Source: Candidatus Marinacidobacterales bacterium
Lineage (GTDB): Bacteria > Acidobacteriota > Vicinamibacteria > Marinacidobacterales > DATDRI01
Assembly: GCA_965226495.1 (NCBI GenBank)
Contig: OZ245365.1
Span: 3,648,001 to 3,712,000 of the forward strand
DNA length: 64,000 nt
Reading direction: 5' to 3'
Shown here: piece after piece, positions 50,928-59,436 of the stretch
Layout: the number at the start of each line of letters is the position of its first letter
Position numbering within the stretch: position 1 is the first letter of the stretch
Made by a program: the position numbers and the translations under genes
The notes under the pieces: generated by a model
Seen by the model: only the letters and a program-made list of their open reading frames with translations
The model's database searches: none
What the model was told of the DNA's origin: nothing

Positions 50928-50950
50928 ATGAAAATGAAAACCGATTTCAA
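50928..50950 (-). promoter_or_regulatory. Fur-box-like operator in the feoB leader
   Basis: Plus strand ATGAAAATGAAAACCGATTTCAA, lying between the promoter and the feoB start. Confidence 0.65.
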
Positions 50951-50962
50951 CATCACATGGCC

Positions 50963-50992
50963 AGTCTACCGAACCTACCGGGCAAGTGTCAA
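50963..50992 (-). promoter_or_regulatory. Sigma70-type promoter of the feoB operon
   Basis: Minus strand TTGACA-N18-TAGACT. Confidence 0.65.
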
Positions 50993-51113
50993 GCCGTCAT
51001 TTTCCACATCTGCCCGCGGCGGGCCGCGATCCCCGATCAGCAGCCGGTCCTCATGACCCTGCGCCCCCTTTTTTTGTTGGGGGTCTCCTTCTGGGCTGTT
51101 AGCATCTCCCCTG

Positions 51114-52286
51114 ATGCTGCAGGCCGTGCTCCTCGCCGCCGGGAAATCGACGCGTACTTACCCGCTGACCACCACCCGTCCCAAGCCTTTGATTCCGGTC
51201 CTGGGAAAGCCGTTGCTCGAGCACTTGCTCGGGCAGCTCGAGGGCGTGGTGGACGAAGCGATCATCGTGGTCGGCTATCGCGCCGACGCCATTCGCATCC
51301 AGCTCGGCGATCGATTCGGCTCCCTCCCCCTTCGCTACCTGGAACAGCAGGAGCAACGAGGGACGGCCGACGCGCTGCTCCAAGCTTCCCCGTTGATCAA
51401 GGATCGCTGCTTGGTCCTGAACGGGGACGATCTTTACCACCGCTACGACTTGCAAGCCCTGTCGAGGCATCGGACCGCGATCCTGGTGACACCGGTACCC
51501 GATCCCCAAAACCGAGCCGTCGTGACCATCACCGGGGACCAAGTGGCTAACATCGTCGAAAAACCGGCCTCGGCCCCACCCAACTCGTTGGCCAGTGTCG
51601 GGGGGTACGTCATGGAGCGGAAATCTCTAAAAAGGTTGCGCGAGATCGAGGTGAGCCCGCGCGGCGAGCTGGAGCTTCCCGATTTCATAAAACTTCTCGC
51701 ACGCTCGTCCGTGGTGCGCTACCACCGCATCGAGCGCCTCTGGCTGCCCCTCACCTACGCGTGGGATGTCCTCAGGGTGAGTCTGTTCCTGCTCGAGAAC
51801 GAGGAACGCGCAGCGGAATTCGGCGTGACCGTCGAGAGTCCGGGCCAACTCGCCAAGAGACGTGATATCCATCTGGGAACCGGCACGGTGATCCATGGCC
51901 CGGTCATTATTGGAGCCGGTGCAACCCTGGGGAGTTATTGTCGTGTACAAGGCCCAACGGTCATCGCCGAGGGCTCGACGATCGGCGATCGGGTGGAATT
52001 GGAGCGATCGGTCCTCTTCCGGGCTGTCCAGGTCTCAGACTTTGCTCGCGTATCTCATTCGGTCCTGGGAGAGCTGACCCGAGTAGAGTCTCGCGCCGAG
52101 ATACTTTCCAAAGCTCGACCGGGTGAAGGGATCGATGTCGAGCTCCACGGAAAGATGATTTCCACCCGCCTCGACCGGCTCGGTCTAGTGGCGGGAGATC
52201 ACGCGATAGTGCCGAAAGAATGCAAGGTTCCCCCCGGAAGTCTCCTCGACTCCGGGGAGTCCTGGTCGCCTAGGCAGAAAAGCTAG
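51114..52286 (+). CDS. Sugar-1-phosphate nucleotidylyltransferase with hexapeptide (acetyltransferase-like) domain, archaeal GlmU-like
   Basis: AVLLAAGKSTRTYPLT..RPKPL, QRGTADA, LNGDD, SPRGELE, YAWD; left-handed beta-helix-like repeats. Confidence 0.8.
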   Translation: MLQAVLLAAGKSTRTYPLTTTRPKPLIPVLGKPLLEHLLGQLEGVVDEAIIVVGYRADAIRIQLGDRFGSLPLRYLEQQEQRGTADALLQASPLIKDRCLVLNGDDLYHRYDLQALSRHRTAILVTPVPDPQNRAVVTITGDQVANIVEKPASAPPNSLASVGGYVMERKSLKRLREIEVSPRGELELPDFIKLLARSSVVRYHRIERLWLPLTYAWDVLRVSLFLLENEERAAEFGVTVESPGQLAKRRDIHLGTGTVIHGPVIIGAGATLGSYCRVQGPTVIAEGSTIGDRVELERSVLFRAVQVSDFARVSHSVLGELTRVESRAEILSKARPGEGIDVELHGKMISTRLDRLGLVAGDHAIVPKECKVPPGSLLDSGESWSPRQKS

Positions 52287-52365
52287 CGAGAGCCCTCAGC
52301 CCGAGCGCAGCGCGAGCCATCAGCCCAGTTGTAGCTCGTGGGGGTGGGGTCCCCGCGAGCGCTCA
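52285..52365 (+). repeat. Intergenic repeat family B copy
   Basis: AGCCCTCAGC / AGCCATCAGC followed by GCTCGTGGGGGTGGGGTCCCCGCGAGC hairpin, between convergent genes. Confidence 0.7.
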
Positions 52366-52406
52366 TTCAATGATTGTCGGTGGGGCCCCACGGTCGTGGC
52401 GAGAGC

Positions 52407-52934
52407 TTATCGAACCCAACCCGGCGGCACGTTCGAGCGTCGCGCGTCTTCGCGAAGCTTTCGTCTGGCCTCGGTGGCGGCATCCAGCTCAGCTTTTGCC
52501 TCCGCGGCCATAGCCTGCAGTTGCTCGACGGATGTAATAACCGGCTCGTTGTTCTGATCCACGTAGTAGGCACCGGTGCTCAAATGGAGATTGCCGAGGA
52601 GCTCGTAACGTTTCCGCGCCTCTTTGATCCGTTCCCGCGCCTCACTACTTCGCCGGCGCCACTCCATTTCCTGCTGTGCGCGATCCGTCTCGTTGGAAGT
52701 GCGTTGTTCGGGCTCGGCTTGCTGTTCTTGGGCAGCGGCAGTGCCGAGAACCGGCGTGGGCTCCTCTCCCTCTTCGGTTTGCCCGATATCCCCGATCACC
52801 AGAGTAGGTTTTTCCCCTCGTTTCCGGTTGTCATCGCGACGTTCTTTCTCCTGGCGAGCCACGTCGCCTAGAGACTGGCCTACCGCCAGAACCGGAACGA
52901 GGAGCAGCATCAGAGCGAGAGATCCCCTCCACAT
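52407..52934 (-). CDS. Secreted coiled-coil hypothetical protein
   Basis: Signal peptide then QSLGDVARQEKERR; ends REDARRSNVPPGWVR. Confidence 0.7.
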   Translation of the reverse strand: MWRGSLALMLLLVPVLAVGQSLGDVARQEKERRDDNRKRGEKPTLVIGDIGQTEEGEEPTPVLGTAAAQEQQAEPEQRTSNETDRAQQEMEWRRRSSEARERIKEARKRYELLGNLHLSTGAYYVDQNNEPVITSVEQLQAMAAEAKAELDAATEARRKLREDARRSNVPPGWVR

Positions 52935-53052
52935 GTTGGCTCCTCCGAACTATTCAGTTGTGTTGGGGTAGCTTTAGAATAGCAGCCGGGAGCGGATCTG
53001 TCGAATGATTCCTTCCCTTAACCTTCGTCGCGTTCTGATCTAGACGGACGGT

Positions 53053-53955
53053 TCAAGAAGACCTCGACTCAGGTCTTGCCAGGCGTTCCAGGGCGAGAAT
53101 CATGGCCTGGGTTCCTAGAGCGCCATCCCCCGAGGCTTCCAGACCACGGTAGAGCTGCTGCGCCAGGGCGGTGCTGAACAGAGGAACGTTCAACCGCCGG
53201 CCCAGCTCCTCCGCGAGAGACAGATCCTTCTGCATGAGACGTATCATGAAGGCGGGGCCCAGCTCGCGCCGGACGATTTTTGGCCCCAGATTGGTCAGCT
53301 GCCAAGACCCGCCCGCCCCGCCACCCAGCACCTCGATAAATTGTTCCAAGTCGATTCCCGCTCGCCCGGCCAACAACAGCGCCTCGGTGAGAGCCATCAT
53401 GTTCACGGCACTAAGAATCTGGTTGCACAACTTGAGAGACTGACCGGCGCCACTGGGCCCCACGTGATGAACGCCTTTGCCCATCGCTCGAAGAACCGGC
53501 AGGACGTTGTCGAAGGCCGCCTTGTCTCCACCCACCATGATCATGAGAGTCCCTTGCTGCGCGCCGACGTCTCCGCCGGTGACTGGAGCGTCGAGCAACT
53601 CGCAGCCCTGTTCTCGAAGGATGGTGGCCATCTCCCGCTCCCGATCCGGTGAAATGGTGCTCATGTCGACGACCAGAAGTCCGGGCCGCATCGCTTCATG
53701 AACACCATTGGGTCCGAGCAGCGCGGCTTCCACATCAGGAGTGTCGGGAACCATGGTGATGACGACATCTGACTTGGCGGCAACTTCCGCGGCGCTCGCG
53801 GCGACATTCGCGCCCGCGTCGGCCAGCGGCCTTTCCTTAGAACGCGTGCGATTGTGCACGGTAAGGGAGAAGCCGGCTTTCAAGAGGTTCTCCGCCATGG
53901 GACGTCCCATGATCCCGAGCCCAATGAATCCGATTCGTCGATCCCCGTCTTTCAT
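53053..53955 (-). CDS. Beta-hydroxyacid dehydrogenase (GarR/MmsB family)
   Basis: IGFIGLGIMGRPMA, DMSTI, LDAPVTGG, KLCNQ, KDL. Confidence 0.9.
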   Translation of the reverse strand: MKDGDRRIGFIGLGIMGRPMAENLLKAGFSLTVHNRTRSKERPLADAGANVAASAAEVAAKSDVVITMVPDTPDVEAALLGPNGVHEAMRPGLLVVDMSTISPDREREMATILREQGCELLDAPVTGGDVGAQQGTLMIMVGGDKAAFDNVLPVLRAMGKGVHHVGPSGAGQSLKLCNQILSAVNMMALTEALLLAGRAGIDLEQFIEVLGGGAGGSWQLTNLGPKIVRRELGPAFMIRLMQKDLSLAEELGRRLNVPLFSTALAQQLYRGLEASGDGALGTQAMILALERLARPESRSS

Positions 53956-53991
53956 TTACCTTGTGTCCACGGTGACTCTCGATTTTGTGGT

Positions 53992-55482
53992 TTAGGATTC
54001 CCCCTTCGGTCGCGAACGCCTCCGCCGACCGCGTCGCTTCTTGGCCCCGCCGGGTTCCTTGACGGCCTCGTTGCTTTCGGTTGGAGGGGGTTCTGCCACG
54101 TCCGGCCTGTCCGACACCAGCTCTTCTACGTCCACCGGACCACCAAAATCCCGGCGCATCAGATAAGCGATGAGCTTCCTATGGTCGGGATGAGCGGCGA
54201 CCGCATCGGCGACGTCTTCCAAATCGAAAAACTCTTCCTCGCTCATCTCGTTCGCTTCGTCAGAGAGACGCTGCAGGATGCGCTCTGTCTTTCGCTGCTT
54301 AATCTCATCGTCGCTCGGCACCTCGCGCTCGATCACTTGGAGTCGATAGCGGTTGACGAGACGGTTGAAGCTCACCAGATCCGCCGCAGACACCAACGAG
54401 ATCACTTCCCCCGATTTTCCGATTCTACCGGTGCGACCGGCCCGATGGATGTAGACCTCGGGCGAGGATGGCGTCGAGAAGATGAAAACGTGCGACAGAT
54501 CCTCGATATCGATACCGCGGGCCGCAACATCGGTCGCCACCAAGTGACGGATGGTTCCAGCGCGAAATTTCCCCATAACCTGCTCGCGCTTCTTTTGCAC
54601 CAGATCGCTTGAGATCATCGCCACCGGGAGACCTTGGCGGGCCAGAAAACCCGCGACGATTCGTACCTCGCCGCGCGTGTTGCAGAAGATGATCGATGAG
54701 TTGGGTTGATCGTGCTCGATCAACTTGTAAAGGACCTGTTCTTTCCGCATGTGAGGGGCAATGATGTAGGCGTGGGTAACTTCCTGAACGTAAGCGAAAT
54801 CCTCGGACAGGAGAACCCACCCCGGCTCCGTCAGGTAGTTGTAGATGAGCCCCCGAATTCCGACAGGAATTGTGGCCGAGAAGAGAAGGGTTTGCCGCTC
54901 TTCGGGCATGAATTGCATGATGTCACCCATCTCTTGAGCAAAGCCCATGTCCAACATCTTGTCCGCCTCGTCGAGCACGAGGATTTTCACAGAATCCAGT
55001 TGTAGAGTGCCTCGCCTCAAATGATCGAGTACCCGACCCGGTGTCCCGACCACTACGTGAACTCCGGCTCGGATGGCGTCGATTTGGCCCCCTATTGACT
55101 CCCCTCCGTAAACGGCCTGCGTTCTGAGCTCGCGTCCCCTGCCGATCTTTTCGAGCTCCTCCGTAACCTGGACCGCCAACTCGCGAGTAGGCGTGAGCAC
55201 TAGGGCTTGCGCCTGCATTAACTCCGAATCCATCTTCTCGGCGATGCTGATCCCGAAGGCCGCGGTCTTGCCGGTTCCGGTCCGAGACATCACGACCAGA
55301 TCCTGCCCCCCAAGGGCCCCAGGAATGGTTTCTTTTTGAACGTCGGTCGGCGAAACGTAACCCATCTCTGCCAAAGCACCGAGGGTGGAGACGGAGATAC
55401 CCAAAGATTCGAAGTCGGACTCGTCGCTAGATGTTTTCACTCTGCTCTGAACTTTCATCACCCGACTTCCGTCGGGTGGCAT
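53992..55482 (-). CDS. DEAD-box RNA helicase (start may be ATG 55458)
   Basis: Q motif PTDVQ, TGTGKT, PTRELA, TPGR, DEAD, SAT, ARGID, HRAGRTGR; basic C-terminal tail. Confidence 0.95.
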   Translation of the reverse strand: MPPDGSRVMKVQSRVKTSSDESDFESLGISVSTLGALAEMGYVSPTDVQKETIPGALGGQDLVVMSRTGTGKTAAFGISIAEKMDSELMQAQALVLTPTRELAVQVTEELEKIGRGRELRTQAVYGGESIGGQIDAIRAGVHVVVGTPGRVLDHLRRGTLQLDSVKILVLDEADKMLDMGFAQEMGDIMQFMPEERQTLLFSATIPVGIRGLIYNYLTEPGWVLLSEDFAYVQEVTHAYIIAPHMRKEQVLYKLIEHDQPNSSIIFCNTRGEVRIVAGFLARQGLPVAMISSDLVQKKREQVMGKFRAGTIRHLVATDVAARGIDIEDLSHVFIFSTPSSPEVYIHRAGRTGRIGKSGEVISLVSAADLVSFNRLVNRYRLQVIEREVPSDDEIKQRKTERILQRLSDEANEMSEEEFFDLEDVADAVAAHPDHRKLIAYLMRRDFGGPVDVEELVSDRPDVAEPPPTESNEAVKEPGGAKKRRGRRRRSRPKGES

Positions 55483-55573
55483 TGCCTGACCGTCGGCCAG
55501 GCGGAATAGCCTGACTTTCCGTCAGGCGGAATAGCCTGACTTCGCCAGGTGGCATTGCGTGACTCTCCGTCAC
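55459..55573 (-). repeat. Array of five ~25-nt hairpin units upstream of the helicase
   Basis: Minus-strand stems GTGAC-GGAGA-GTCAC, CCTGGC-GAA-GTCAGG, GCCTGAC-GGAAA-GTCAGGC, GCCTGGCC-GAC-GGTCAGGC, CACCCGAC-GGAA-GTCGGGTG. Confidence 0.8.
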
Positions 55574-55669
55574 ATGACACTTCGTTCAACTGCTTGCGAC
55601 GGAAACGTATCATACGGGCGACGCCTTCTGAATTACAACGGAGACCTGGGTTGGCCGGGGCGAGTTCAA

Positions 55670-55839
55670 GGTGAGGGTCGTAACGAAACCATTCCTTTAC
55701 TCCCTCTCCCTCAAGAAACTGAGGGCATCAAGACATGTCGTGCCATTATCATCCGCATCAGACGCCGGGTGAGGGTGGTATTGAAAGATGGCTTCCTTCC
55801 GTTACCCCCTCTCCCCCTGGGAGAGGGCCGGGGTGAGGG
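55670..55839 (+). repeat. REP-like family A: one partial copy (55670-55713) and one full copy (55777-55839)
   Basis: GGTATTGAAAGATGGCTTCC..CCCTCTCCCCCTGGGAGAGGGCCGGGGTGAGGG. Confidence 0.8.
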
Positions 55840-55845
55840 CAACCG

Positions 55846-58800
55846 CTAAGGTCGTTGGTTCTTAGAGAGCGAACGATAATATTCCTCGACCAGCTTTCGA
55901 TAGCCGGCCGGTACGTGATCCGAACCGGAAAGCAGGAGCTCTTCCTTGCTCATACCCTCAAGCTCTCGCCTTAGCCAGTATTCGAACTGTTTGAGCTCTT
56001 CGACGAGCGCGGTGAGCTCTTGCAAACCACGCGGGTCCTCATAGACCTTGTTCGAGTCGTAAGCTTCCATCCGCTCGATGATGCTCTGAAGGTCCGGAAC
56101 CTGCAGGTCCTGCCGCTGGAGCTCTTGCCTCAAGCCCTGCGCCTCCTGAGCTCGCTCCCGGAACTCGCGGCGAAACTGCCGAATGTCTTCGGAGCTGAAC
56201 GTCCCCGGCTGAAAGCTATTAGCACCCGGCCCCACGAAACCCGGCGCGTTCAAAGAGCGCTCGGGGTCGGTGCCCTGTTGTCCCTGTTGACCCTGCTTGC
56301 CCTGCTGACCTTCTCGTCCTTCTTGTCCTTCTTGTCCGCGCTCTCCAGCTCTCTCCTGACCACCCGGGCTTTGCTGGCTCCCTTGACTTTCTTGCAGGCC
56401 CCGGGCCTGCTCCTGAAGTCTCTCATCGAGCGACTCGAGGTTACGAACCAGCTCCCGCGTCTTCTCCAGGGTCTCCTCCGCTTGCGCCCTCTCGCTCTTT
56501 CCGATGGCGGCTCTCGCTTCTTCGATCCGATCGCGCAGCTCGGAAATGTCCTCGCTTATTTGATCCTCGAACAGCTGTGCGTACTCCTGTGTCCGGCCCT
56601 GCACCACACCCTTGGAGTAGCGGATCTTCTCCTTGAGCTTGCTATCGCGGATGGAATCGGCCGCCTCGCGCAGTTTTCGCGAGGCATCCTTCTGTTCTTG
56701 CCGCGACTCCATGGACATCCGGTCCATCTGAGCCTCGAGGTCTGCGACCTCGCCGGCTTGCTCGCTCTTACGTTCCAGCAAGCGTTGCATCCTATCGGCC
56801 TTCTCCCGAGAGCTACTCTGACCCAGTCGACCGACATCGGATTGAATCTTTTCCTGCTGGCGGGCGATTCTCTGCGCGCGGGAGCGGATGTCGTCCATAT
56901 CTCTCTCGAGTCGAGAGGCCCGATCTTTCTCGAGCAGCCGGCGCGCGTCTTTCAGCCGATCGAGTGCCGAGATACCCTCGGAGAGAGACCCTTCGTCTCC
57001 CTCGCTCGCCGCTCGCCGCATGGAGCTCGCCGCCTGGCGAAGCCGCCGCACCGTATCCTCCAACCCTTTCTCAGATTTCTCCCGAGCCAAACGCTCCAGT
57101 CGCCGTGCCAGATCTTCCGTCTCTTCGGCGAGATCGCGTTGGCCGCCCCCACCGCTGCCGCCGGGGAAGTTCTGTGACTTCGAGCGTTTCATGCGCTCGT
57201 TCTCTTGCTGCTGCCGTCGAGCGAGCTCCTGGAGACGCTGCAAGGCTTCGTCCACCTCGTTGTCTACCGACTGCCGCTCGCCCCTCTGCACGGTCTCGTA
57301 CTGGTTGCGCAGTTTGTCCATTTCGAGCTCGAAGAGATCCGCAAGATCTTCGGCGTTCGACTGCTCACCGCCGCCCATTCCGCCGCCACCGAACGCGACC
57401 TGAACGTCGCGGAACACCGCTTCGGCACGCTGCAAGTGTTGAAGGGCGCGTTTCTCGAGTGGAAGCGCCTCGTCGGGCTTTTTCCCTAGGAGGCTTTCCT
57501 CTGCCGGCTCCATCGCTTCGGCCGCCAAGCGAAGCGAGGCGGAGATTTTTCCGAAGTCCGAATCCCCATCAACGATGCCGCGGTTGGTCATGCGTCGAAG
57601 CAGCGTCCCGACCTGCTCTCTCAAACGACCCTGCATCAACGCAATCGTGGTCAGGTTCTCCGAGTGTTCCTTTTCGGAATAGTTCTTCCGATCCCGGATG
57701 ATCTTGAAGGTCGCGGCCACGATCTGGCGTTGCCTCTGGGATAGAGCATTGTCCATGCCTTGCCCGGCTCCCCCCATGCCCTGCTGCGCCTGTCGATACT
57801 GCTTTCCAAAAGGCCGTACCTCCAAGAAATAGATGTCGGTGCTCGCCGTCTGAGCGCCTTCCACACCATTACCATCCGTAGCGCGACCGAAGTAGGAAAC
57901 GAAATCACCCGGCTCGAGCGGGAGGTCCTCCATGAAAAAGGTGTGGCCGGCGGAAACTGCCTTCTTCGGCGAAGAGCCCTCGCGATGGAGCCAGACCGAC
58001 TGTTCATCTCCTCCATTCACCGAGTAGACGAGCTCCAACTTGCGAATCCCGTAGTCGTCCTCCGCCCGGAGTTCGGTAAAGACCTCCTCGATCGAGCTGA
58101 CCTTGGTGTCCCGGCCCGGCTTCAGAACCGCCACCGATGGCGGCTGATCATTCAGGATCTCGATCGTGAAATCCGGCGAGCCCTTGTGCATCTTGCCGTC
58201 GAAGGCGGACAGCTCGATGCTATAGAACCCCTCGGTGTCGATGTGAAGGGAAGCGGACAAGGTTCCGTCGTCCGCCAACTCCATTGGCTGGGACTCTTGT
58301 CCCTCGACACGAATCGTGCCTCCCGCAACACGAACGGTGGGGGTCGCCGTAACAATTACATTGCTCCCCTTGAGGGCCGCGATGTCGCCGCCGTCTTCCA
58401 CCTTGCGCGGCGATAGACCCGTGTACTTGGGGAACCGATACTCGAGATCCACTCTATTCACGTAAGGCAGATCGGACACGGTGATGCGAAACATCGGAGA
58501 GCGAACGCCGCTAGCCTCTACGAAGTAGTCGGTCGTATCGTTGAGGTCGAGGAGCATGAACATGAACTTGCCCCCATCCCCGTCGACCGTCATCGGCCAG
58601 CGTTGAACCTTTTCTTCTTCCTCCGACTTCACTCCGATTTCCACCAGATCGCTATCGAAGCCCGTGAGCCGCGCCTGCACCAACTGGTCCGCCCCACGCG
58701 CAACGCCAAGGTGACCGGGCTCGACCACGATGAAATACGGATTGGCGGCGCGAGCACTCCGCCAGGGATTCAGGAGTAACGATGCGCCATGGCGCAGAAA

Positions 58801-59343
58801 AGCCGGGCTCAGAAGTACCGCAAGCATTCCCAAGAGCGCAACGACTGCCATGGTACTGGAAGCCCGATGGAGGCGCTGCCGTTCGATCAATCGTCCAAAC
58901 TGGTTGGTCTGGCAGCTATCGTAAGCCGCCTCCACCAGCCGTTCGATGAGCGCCGGTGACGAATTGGACGGGTTCTTCTCGTCCTTCTTGTCCTTGGCTC
59001 CAACCTCTACGGCGCTGACCACCGCCGCTTGGAGCGAGGGGTCGTTCTCCTCGATATAGAGAGCCACTTGTTCGTCGGTCACGCGCTTTCGGAGCGGAAG
59101 AATGATGAAGCGTAACGTTAAACCAATGAGCCCGAGGTAGGTGAAAGCGCGGATAGCCCACACCGCCCAGTCGCTGTAGCGCAGCTGATCGATTCCGAAT
59201 GCCGACACAGCCAGAGCGAGGAGACCAGCCGCCAAGACGATGGCCGCTCCACGAAGCACCAGTCGCAAACGCCATCGGTTCCTTACGTGGCGGATGACGC
59301 GAAGGAGTTCGTCATAGCTGGACATGATGGGTGCGTTCAACAT
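55846..59343 (-). CDS. Large membrane-anchored DUF4175-like protein (TMs, beta-rich domains, long coiled coil)
   Basis: Three N-terminal TMs, YRFPKYTGL, AEDDYGI, PGDFVSYF, long Q/E-rich coils, ends VPAGYRKLVEEYYRSLS. Confidence 0.75.
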   Translation of the reverse strand: MLNAPIMSSYDELLRVIRHVRNRWRLRLVLRGAAIVLAAGLLALAVSAFGIDQLRYSDWAVWAIRAFTYLGLIGLTLRFIILPLRKRVTDEQVALYIEENDPSLQAAVVSAVEVGAKDKKDEKNPSNSSPALIERLVEAAYDSCQTNQFGRLIERQRLHRASSTMAVVALLGMLAVLLSPAFLRHGASLLLNPWRSARAANPYFIVVEPGHLGVARGADQLVQARLTGFDSDLVEIGVKSEEEEKVQRWPMTVDGDGGKFMFMLLDLNDTTDYFVEASGVRSPMFRITVSDLPYVNRVDLEYRFPKYTGLSPRKVEDGGDIAALKGSNVIVTATPTVRVAGGTIRVEGQESQPMELADDGTLSASLHIDTEGFYSIELSAFDGKMHKGSPDFTIEILNDQPPSVAVLKPGRDTKVSSIEEVFTELRAEDDYGIRKLELVYSVNGGDEQSVWLHREGSSPKKAVSAGHTFFMEDLPLEPGDFVSYFGRATDGNGVEGAQTASTDIYFLEVRPFGKQYRQAQQGMGGAGQGMDNALSQRQRQIVAATFKIIRDRKNYSEKEHSENLTTIALMQGRLREQVGTLLRRMTNRGIVDGDSDFGKISASLRLAAEAMEPAEESLLGKKPDEALPLEKRALQHLQRAEAVFRDVQVAFGGGGMGGGEQSNAEDLADLFELEMDKLRNQYETVQRGERQSVDNEVDEALQRLQELARRQQQENERMKRSKSQNFPGGSGGGGQRDLAEETEDLARRLERLAREKSEKGLEDTVRRLRQAASSMRRAASEGDEGSLSEGISALDRLKDARRLLEKDRASRLERDMDDIRSRAQRIARQQEKIQSDVGRLGQSSSREKADRMQRLLERKSEQAGEVADLEAQMDRMSMESRQEQKDASRKLREAADSIRDSKLKEKIRYSKGVVQGRTQEYAQLFEDQISEDISELRDRIEEARAAIGKSERAQAEETLEKTRELVRNLESLDERLQEQARGLQESQGSQQSPGGQERAGERGQEGQEGREGQQGKQGQQGQQGTDPERSLNAPGFVGPGANSFQPGTFSSEDIRQFRREFRERAQEAQGLRQELQRQDLQVPDLQSIIERMEAYDSNKVYEDPRGLQELTALVEELKQFEYWLRRELEGMSKEELLLSGSDHVPAGYRKLVEEYYRSLSKNQRP

Positions 59344-59436
59344 GGGTCGCTCCCTCTAATGATCACTTCGTCGGGCCCTAGTGTCCTGTCGGGCATTTTC
59401 GGCATCTTCCTCAATATTCGCCAACATTCGCACTAT

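Noticed and set aside
55459-55573. Possible mini CRISPR array
   Set aside because: Units are nearly contiguous with no unique 30-40 nt spacers and no cas genes are in the window; treated as a hairpin array instead.
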